Positions 57,788 to 64,000 of a stretch of 64,000 bases of DNA are shown piece by piece; position 1 is the first letter of the stretch; every line of letters starts with the position of its first letter. The notes under the pieces were generated by a model, which saw only the letters and a list, made by a program, of their open reading frames with translations, made no database searches and was not told where the DNA came from. The stretch is from Candidatus Kerfeldbacteria bacterium (GTDB lineage: Bacteria > Patescibacteriota > Patescibacteriia > UBA10025 > JAHIVO01): the NCBI GenBank assembly GCA_047946875.1, contig CP181398.1, positions 271,154 through 335,153 on the forward strand, given 5' to 3'. Position numbers and translations under genes: made by a program.

Positions 57788-57904
57788 GGGCAGCTCTGTA
57801 TTAATACAATACATCTGCCCATTCTTTTCCAGAACATCTAGTTCCTTCTCCCATCCAGGCTCAGGATATTGTCCAAAGGACTCAGGTGTTATGAAAAAGG
57901 GGGG
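57788..57904 (+). other. Last array junction element (GC hairpin plus CTTTTCCAG...TGAAAAAGG stem)
   Basis: GGGCAG...CTGCCC hairpin, then CTTTTCCAGAACATCT-AGTTCCTT...AAGGACT-CAGGTGTTATGAAAAAGG. Confidence 0.55.
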
Positions 57905-58029
57905 TGAATATTTAAACTAAAATATATATAATTAGTTTATCCTCACAATTTTTAAAATGCATGTTTGACAATTTATTATATTAAGCGTATTTTTTAACTG
58001 CTAATCAATTATTAGTTGATTGGCACAAG

Positions 58030-58166
58030 AAAGCTGTCGGTTATGAAATGCTGGAGATCTAACTTATTAAGTAGAAAAATCTCTCTCCTCATGTTCTAAT
58101 TTAATTATTAGAATATTTCTACTCAAAAGTTGGTATAATCCTTCAACTCATGTCGACAGCTTTTTT
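58030..58166 (+). ncRNA. Candidate rod-shaped non-coding RNA upstream of murJ
   Basis: Nested pairings AAAGCTGTCG/CGACAGCTTT, CTAACTT/AAGTTGG, AGTAGAAA/TTTCTACT, ATGTTCTAAT/ATTAGAATAT; TTGACA at 57965; ends in T6. Confidence 0.4.
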
Positions 58167-58303
58167 GATACATAGGATTTGATTCTTAGCTACATTCAGG
58201 ACACTATTATTAGTATTAGTATTTTGCGACACCTTATTGTATTTTTATCATTTTAATCATCGGTGTTGATTTATATGCTATTTTTTGTTATAATTTTTTT
58301 ATT

Positions 58304-59932
58304 ATGATGTTTAGAATTTGGCGCAAACTTACCACCACCTTAGCCGGTGGTGCGATTATTATAGCCACAGCTTCTGTTACCAGTCGTCTACTTGGTTTGA
58401 TCAGAGATAGGTTATTAGCAAATAAATTTGGTGCTGGTGATACCTTAGATATTTATTATGCTGCATTTAGAATACCTGATTTAGTATTTAACGTTTTAGT
58501 TTTGGGTGCATTATCGGCGGCTTTTATTCCAATATTTGTTGAATATTTACAAAAAGCTAAAGAAGATCCAAGTAAAAAGAACGAAGTTTGGCATCTAGCT
58601 AATTCACTATTAAATATATTATTAGCTGGTTTATTGGTTTTTGGTTTTCTTCTATTTATCTTTGCACCGCAGATTGTTCCATTGATTGCGCCTGGTTTTG
58701 ATCTGGATAAACAAGCTATTGTAGTGAACATGACCAGGATTATGTTAATATCAATTATATTTTTTGGTATTAGTAATGTTATTACAGGCATGTTGAATTC
58801 TATGAAAAAATATGCCAACTTTGCTTTAGCGCCAGTAATGTATAATATTGGAATTATAATTGGAATTATTTATTTAACGCCGATTTATGGTATTTACGGT
58901 TTAGCTTATGGTGTAGTACTTGGTTCATTTTTACATTTAGTTATTCAAATACCTGGAGCGCTAAAAATTGGATATAGGTATCAACCGATTTTTGATTATA
59001 CGCACAAAGGAGTTAGAGCTATTGGTAAATTAATGTTACCAAGGACTTTTGGACTTGCTGTTACGCAAATAGATCAATTGGTTAGTGTGATAATTGGTTC
59101 AACTTTAGCTACTGGTTCGGTGGCTGTTTTTACTTTAGCCAATAATCTTCAGAATTTTCCAATTGGCGTTTTTGGAGTATCGATGGCTGTAGCATCATTC
59201 CCATTTTTTAGTGAAGCGTTTGCTCAAAAAAATGTAGAATTATTTGTTTTACATTTTTCAAAAAGTTTTCGTAGGATACTATTTCTAGTCATTCCTATTT
59301 CAGTTTTAATATTTTTACTTAGAGCTCAGTTGGTGCGTGTTATTCTTGGTTCAGGAAATTTTGATTGGCAAGATACATATTATACAGCCCAAACTCTTGG
59401 GTTTTTTGCATTGTCATTATTTGCTCAGAGTACTATCCCGCTTTTAGCTAGATCATTCTACGCTTGGCAGGATACTAAAACCCCGGTAAAAATTGCCATT
59501 GTTACTGTGATTGTAAATATTTTCGGAGCATTAGTTTTAAGTAATTATTTAGGAGTAATTGGGTTGGCAATTGCATTCTCAATTTCTAGCGTTGTTCAAA
59601 TGATATTATTATATATATTTTTAAGAAAAAAAATGGGTAATCTTGATGATAAAACTTTGGTTATTTCGTTGAGTAAAATAGTATTAATAACTGCAATGAT
59701 GGGGGCCGTTGTTCATGCTTCAAAATATGTTCTAGCACTTGGAGTAAATATGGACACTTTTTTAGGAATATTTATTCAAGGTGTAGGAGCAGGTATTATT
59801 GGTATCGTTTTTTATCTAATACTAGCCTTTATGTTTAGATGTGACGAAATAACAATTATTACTAAACTGTTCATTAAAGCAAAAAATCAACTATTTAATG
59901 GTAAGAATAAAGAAAATATAAATGCAGAATAA
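58304..59932 (+). CDS. murJ: Lipid II flippase MurJ
   Basis: 'SRLLGLIRD', 'AFRIPD', 'LSAAFIP', 'PIGVFG', 'RSFYAWQDTKTP'. Confidence 0.95.
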   Translation: MMFRIWRKLTTTLAGGAIIIATASVTSRLLGLIRDRLLANKFGAGDTLDIYYAAFRIPDLVFNVLVLGALSAAFIPIFVEYLQKAKEDPSKKNEVWHLANSLLNILLAGLLVFGFLLFIFAPQIVPLIAPGFDLDKQAIVVNMTRIMLISIIFFGISNVITGMLNSMKKYANFALAPVMYNIGIIIGIIYLTPIYGIYGLAYGVVLGSFLHLVIQIPGALKIGYRYQPIFDYTHKGVRAIGKLMLPRTFGLAVTQIDQLVSVIIGSTLATGSVAVFTLANNLQNFPIGVFGVSMAVASFPFFSEAFAQKNVELFVLHFSKSFRRILFLVIPISVLIFLLRAQLVRVILGSGNFDWQDTYYTAQTLGFFALSLFAQSTIPLLARSFYAWQDTKTPVKIAIVTVIVNIFGALVLSNYLGVIGLAIAFSISSVVQMILLYIFLRKKMGNLDDKTLVISLSKIVLITAMMGAVVHASKYVLALGVNMDTFLGIFIQGVGAGIIGIVFYLILAFMFRCDEITIITKLFIKAKNQLFNGKNKENINAE

Positions 59933-61742
59933 AATAAGAAATTTTTGTATAATCGCTCATATAGATCACGGGAAATCTACTCTTGCTGATAGACTGTTAG
60001 AAATTACAGGCACGGTCAATAAGAGAGATATGAAAGATCAAATATTGGATCAAATGGATATTGAACGTGAAAGAGGTATAACTATCAAATTGCAACCTGT
60101 TCGAATGGAATATGAGGGTTATGAATTAAATTTGATTGATACTCCTGGACACGTAGATTTTACTTATGAGGTATCTCGTTCTTTAGCGGCTGTTGAAGGA
60201 GCAGTTTTATTAGTGGATGCAACTCAAGGAATAGAGGCTCAAACTTTAGCAAATTTATATTTAGCAGTAGAACAAAATTTAGAAATTATTCCTGTTATTA
60301 ATAAAATAGATTTACCTAATGCTGACGTAGAGAGAGTATCTACTGATTTAGTAAAACTAATTGGTTGTACTAAAAATGAAATATTATCTGTCTCAGGAAA
60401 AACAGGTCAAGGTGTAAATGAATTATTAAAAAAAATAGTAGAAAAAGTACCACCACCAAAAATTGAGATTGATACGACTACTAAGATGATGATTTTTGAT
60501 TCATTTTTTGATGAGTATAAAGGTGTGATAGCATATGTCAGAGTTGTGTCAGGAATGGTGAAAAAAGGTGAAGAGATTATGATGATGGCCAGTCAAAAGA
60601 AAGTTGAATCTCTTGATGTTGGTGTTTTTAAACCAAAATTAGTTTCTACAGGGTCTTTGTCTGCTGGTGAGATAGGATATGTCGTTACGGGCCTTAAAGA
60701 TGTTCAATATTGCAGAGTTGGTGATACTATTACAACAATAAATAATAAAGCTGATAAACCACTTGAAGGATATGACGAACTTAAGTCAATGGTATTTGCT
60801 GGTATATATTGTCAGGAAGGTAATGATTATTCTAGTCTACGGGAAGCTTTAGAAAAGATTTCATTAAGTGATTCTTCATTGGAATATGAAGCTGATCATT
60901 CGGAAGCATTGGGTTTTGGTTTTCGTTGTGGTTTTTTAGGTTTATTACATTTAGAAATATTTCAAGAAAGATTAAAGAGAGAATATAATTTAAATCTAGT
61001 AATTACAGCTCCCTCTGTTGGATATCATGTATCTTTAAATGAAAGTGGGCAAAATGCCTACATAAAAAAGATTAAAAATTTTAAAAAGGATGAAGTAATG
61101 ATTATTACCAGTCCTTTAAAGATGCCAGATACTCAGTATGTCGAAGCTATAGAAGAACCATGGATGTCTGTTGATATTGTCTCACCAACAGATTATATGG
61201 GTAATGTTATGAGTTTGGTCCAACAAAAAAGAGGTAATTTTAAGAATACGGAGTTTTTGGATGAAGAAAGGGTAGTATTGCATTATGAACTACCTTTAGC
61301 TAGTATTTTGACCGATTTTTATGATAAACTAAAGAGTGTAACATCCGGTTATGCTTCATTAAACTATAATTTTTTAGAGTATCGTCGAGGTAATGTTGTT
61401 AGAGTGGATATACTTGTAGCCGAGGAGATGGAAGAGGCTCTTGCCTCAATGGTATATAAAGACGAGGCTTATGATGTAGGAAGAAAAATAGTAGATAATT
61501 TGAAAGAAATCTTACCGCAACAGATGTTTGAAATAAAAATTCAAGCAGCAATAGGAGGAAAAATAATTGCATCTTCTAGAATTTCTGCAAGACGAAAAGA
61601 TGTTACGGCTGGTTTATATGGAGGTGACGTAACAAGGAAAAGGAAATTATTAGATAAGCAGAAAAAAGGTAAAAAGAAAATGAAACAAGGAGGAAAAGTA
61701 AATATTCCTCAAGAAGCATTTCTGGCAATATTAAAACGTTAA
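59922..61742 (+). CDS. lepA: Elongation factor 4
   Basis: 'IIAHIDHGKSTLADR', 'DTPGHVDF', 'GFRCGFLGLLH', 'YGGDVTRKRKLL'. Confidence 0.98.
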   Translation: MQNKIRNFCIIAHIDHGKSTLADRLLEITGTVNKRDMKDQILDQMDIERERGITIKLQPVRMEYEGYELNLIDTPGHVDFTYEVSRSLAAVEGAVLLVDATQGIEAQTLANLYLAVEQNLEIIPVINKIDLPNADVERVSTDLVKLIGCTKNEILSVSGKTGQGVNELLKKIVEKVPPPKIEIDTTTKMMIFDSFFDEYKGVIAYVRVVSGMVKKGEEIMMMASQKKVESLDVGVFKPKLVSTGSLSAGEIGYVVTGLKDVQYCRVGDTITTINNKADKPLEGYDELKSMVFAGIYCQEGNDYSSLREALEKISLSDSSLEYEADHSEALGFGFRCGFLGLLHLEIFQERLKREYNLNLVITAPSVGYHVSLNESGQNAYIKKIKNFKKDEVMIITSPLKMPDTQYVEAIEEPWMSVDIVSPTDYMGNVMSLVQQKRGNFKNTEFLDEERVVLHYELPLASILTDFYDKLKSVTSGYASLNYNFLEYRRGNVVRVDILVAEEMEEALASMVYKDEAYDVGRKIVDNLKEILPQQMFEIKIQAAIGGKIIASSRISARRKDVTAGLYGGDVTRKRKLLDKQKKGKKKMKQGGKVNIPQEAFLAILKR

Positions 61743-61867
61743 TAATTAGTAACCAGTTTGACTGCTAAATGCTGGTAATAATGAGAAAAAAACCATTCCG
61801 ATAACTCCGAAAATTACGATGATAATCCAAATGACTCTTATAACTTTCTTTTTTGGCATAATATTAT

Positions 61868-62458
61868 ATGTTTGAAGATAGATTAAAAAAAATTATTAAA
61901 GATGATGAGCAAATTGTTTTATTAGTAAGAAAATATTTCTTTGTTTTTACTGGACAACTAATTTTTAGCATCATTATTATTATAGCATCTTTTTTCCTTT
62001 TATACCCACTATTTAATTGGGGGCCATGGGGAGTGGGTATTTTTTTCTTATTATTAGTCATAGGTTTATTTGTTGCTTTGAAGGTTTTGATAATATATTC
62101 ATTTAACGCATTTATTATTACGGAGCAAAGAATAATAGATATTGATCAACGTGGGTTATTTGATCGTATAGTTTCTGAAACAACATATAACAAAATACAA
62201 GACGTTAGTTTTCGTAGAAAAGGGATTATGCAAACAATGTTGCATTATGGAAGTGTAATTATTCAAACTGCGGGATCACAAGCAAATATTGAATTACATG
62301 GTATCAAAGATCCAGAAAAAATTCATCAAGTTATTATTGAATTACAAAGAGAATTTAGTCAAGAAGGAAGAAAAATTTCTGAAGAGCAGATGTCTGAAAT
62401 TATTGATCAAATTAAGAATAAAACAAATAGAGAACAAAACAATAAGGAGGATAAATAA
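61868..62458 (+). CDS. Membrane protein with bacterial PH domain
   Basis: 2 TM helices then 'ITEQRIIDIDQRGLF...KIQDVS...YGSVIIQTAG'. Confidence 0.8.
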   Translation: MFEDRLKKIIKDDEQIVLLVRKYFFVFTGQLIFSIIIIIASFFLLYPLFNWGPWGVGIFFLLLVIGLFVALKVLIIYSFNAFIITEQRIIDIDQRGLFDRIVSETTYNKIQDVSFRRKGIMQTMLHYGSVIIQTAGSQANIELHGIKDPEKIHQVIIELQREFSQEGRKISEEQMSEIIDQIKNKTNREQNNKEDK

Positions 62459-62461
62459 ATT

Positions 62462-63226
62462 ATGATATTGTTTAATAGATTTTGGTTGTATTTTAGTTCA
62501 CTATCGATTGTGATCAGTTTCTTTTTGTGGGTAAATAATCCAGATCTTACTTATTATATTGCTGGTTATTTTTTTGTAATACACACTTTAACAATATGGT
62601 TATTAGCTAAATTTGGTCAGGAAAGAAAAACTTTTTTTACATTTTATTTTACTCCATTTTTTTTATTGGCAGGGGCTTTTACCTTTTTCTTAATTATTGA
62701 CCATGTAGTAGTTCAACATTTGTTTGCTCTTGTTATAGGGATAATCTATATGTTAATTACAAGAAATATTTTTTCATTCGTATATAAGACAAAAGATTAC
62801 CAACCTTTAGCTTTAGAAAATATTTTTAGTTATATCAATCTAATTTCATTATTTTTATTTTATTCTAGTTTTTATGGATTTTTATTATTGTTAGGTTGGC
62901 CAGTTTGGTTGTTTGTTATAATTTGTTTTGTAATTACTGCTTTTTTGTTTACTCGTACACTTTTGACATATAAGATTCAATGGACTGAAGGTAAATTATT
63001 TGTTTTAATAATGTCTATTATTATTACTGAATGTTTTTATGTAATTAATCTTTTACCATCAAGCTATATAATTAATGGGTTAGTTTTGGTTGTAGTATAT
63101 TATTTATTTATGAATTTAATAAAAGATTATTTAAAAGAACGTCTTAATATGAAAGATATAAGATTATATTTATCGGTAGTTGGTATAATTTTAGTGATAT
63201 CTTTATTAACTACAAGATGGTATTAA
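62462..63226 (+). CDS. Polytopic membrane hypothetical protein
   Basis: About 8-9 TM helices. Confidence 0.7.
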   Translation: MILFNRFWLYFSSLSIVISFFLWVNNPDLTYYIAGYFFVIHTLTIWLLAKFGQERKTFFTFYFTPFFLLAGAFTFFLIIDHVVVQHLFALVIGIIYMLITRNIFSFVYKTKDYQPLALENIFSYINLISLFLFYSSFYGFLLLLGWPVWLFVIICFVITAFLFTRTLLTYKIQWTEGKLFVLIMSIIITECFYVINLLPSSYIINGLVLVVVYYLFMNLIKDYLKERLNMKDIRLYLSVVGIILVISLLTTRWY

Positions 63227-63256
63227 CAAATATAATAAAAAATAAATTAAAAAATT

Positions 63257-64000
63257 ATGAAAGCAAGAGTAAGTCCCACTTCCCCAAAAAGTAAAAAAAA
63301 TTCTAATACTAATAACGAAAAGCAGTTGGATGATTATTACAAAAATACTTTAAAATCAATTGATAAACCAGATAAGTTAAGATCAAAATCTTCAATAGGA
63401 TTTTTGGTGGTTGTAATAATTATTGGTTTTATGGCGGGAATACTTGGGCAAATCACTTTATTGTCTTATGGGTCTGATATACCATATTTAGAAAAGTTAG
63501 ATATTTTTTCTTGGACTAATCCACAATCCCTGTTTGTCAGTAATCGTAGTAACAACGAATTAACCTCAGATAAATTACAAAAAGTAGTTACTGAAGTAAA
63601 CTCATCAATGGTTCAAATTTTTGAGTACAAAGAACAAAATAATACTTTAGAATCATTGTATGTTCCTGAGGAAATTTTGGGTTTTGGTTTTGTATTAACC
63701 AACGATGGTTATATCATAACAACTAGTGATATAACTACAGACTATGAAAAATTGGTTATAATTACTAATCAAAAAGAAGTATATTTGGTAAATAACACTA
63801 TTATTGATTCTGCTACAGATTTTATTTTTTTGAAAACTGACGCTATTGGATTACAAACATTAGACATAGTTGATAATGATTCTTTGACATTAATGTCTGA
63901 TATTTTATTAACAAAGACATATGGATTTGATCATTCAATTCAATCTCAACAAGCAATGATTATAGATAAGAATTTCAGTTCGATTTCTAATGTAAATGAT
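63257..64000 (+). CDS. Trypsin-like (S1C/HtrA-like) membrane-anchored protein, 3'-truncated by window edge
   Basis: Frame open from ATG 63257 to the window end; TM helix; 'GFGFVLTNDGYIITT', 'DSATDFIFLK'. Confidence 0.65.
   Translation, partial: MKARVSPTSPKSKKNSNTNNEKQLDDYYKNTLKSIDKPDKLRSKSSIGFLVVVIIIGFMAGILGQITLLSYGSDIPYLEKLDIFSWTNPQSLFVSNRSNNELTSDKLQKVVTEVNSSMVQIFEYKEQNNTLESLYVPEEILGFGFVLTNDGYIITTSDITTDYEKLVIITNQKEVYLVNNTIIDSATDFIFLKTDAIGLQTLDIVDNDSLTLMSDILLTKTYGFDHSIQSQQAMIIDKNFSSISNVND

Noticed and set aside
54062-57904. Integron cassette array (attC sites)
   Set aside because: R1 reads GTTAGAA...CTCTAAC, the reverse order of attC RYYYAAC...GTTRRRY and off-consensus; copy 1 lacks even that; no intI in the window. 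The analogy is architectural only.
3314-62061. Many short ORFs nested in or antisense to long genes (e.g. 23201-23668, 42237-42650, 58456-58818, 55641-55958)
   Set aside because: Shadow frames of better-supported genes with no recognisable motifs

Overview
AT-rich bacterial chromosomal segment. Gene content points to a Patescibacteria/CPR (Parcubacteria/ABY1-like) genome; this is inference from the archaeal-type ProRS, group 3b NiFe hydrogenase, DUF4012 and GT4 cluster, and largely SD-less housekeeping genes. In order it carries: the end of a radical-SAM/B3-4/methyltransferase cluster; proS-proB-proC-proA and an FAD oxidoreductase; a tRNA-Asn gene and argGH, each preceded by an unannotated leader peptide with terminator/antiterminator; a sulfhydrogenase-type hydrogenase cluster; lower glycolysis with two gpmI paralogs, pduL/ackA and a 2-oxoacid:ferredoxin oxidoreductase; three ATP-grasp ligases; a two-gene defence-like islet; recJ, rnhA and RNase P RNA; an exopolysaccharide cluster; murJ and lepA. 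The most unusual region is about 53.8-58.2 kb. There, one sigma70-type promoter precedes seven small, mostly membrane ORFs interleaved with three families of repeated structured non-coding elements, which show compensatory changes and a shared junction layout. No integrase, Cas or reverse transcriptase is present in the window. All protein calls come from motif recognition by eye, not database searches.
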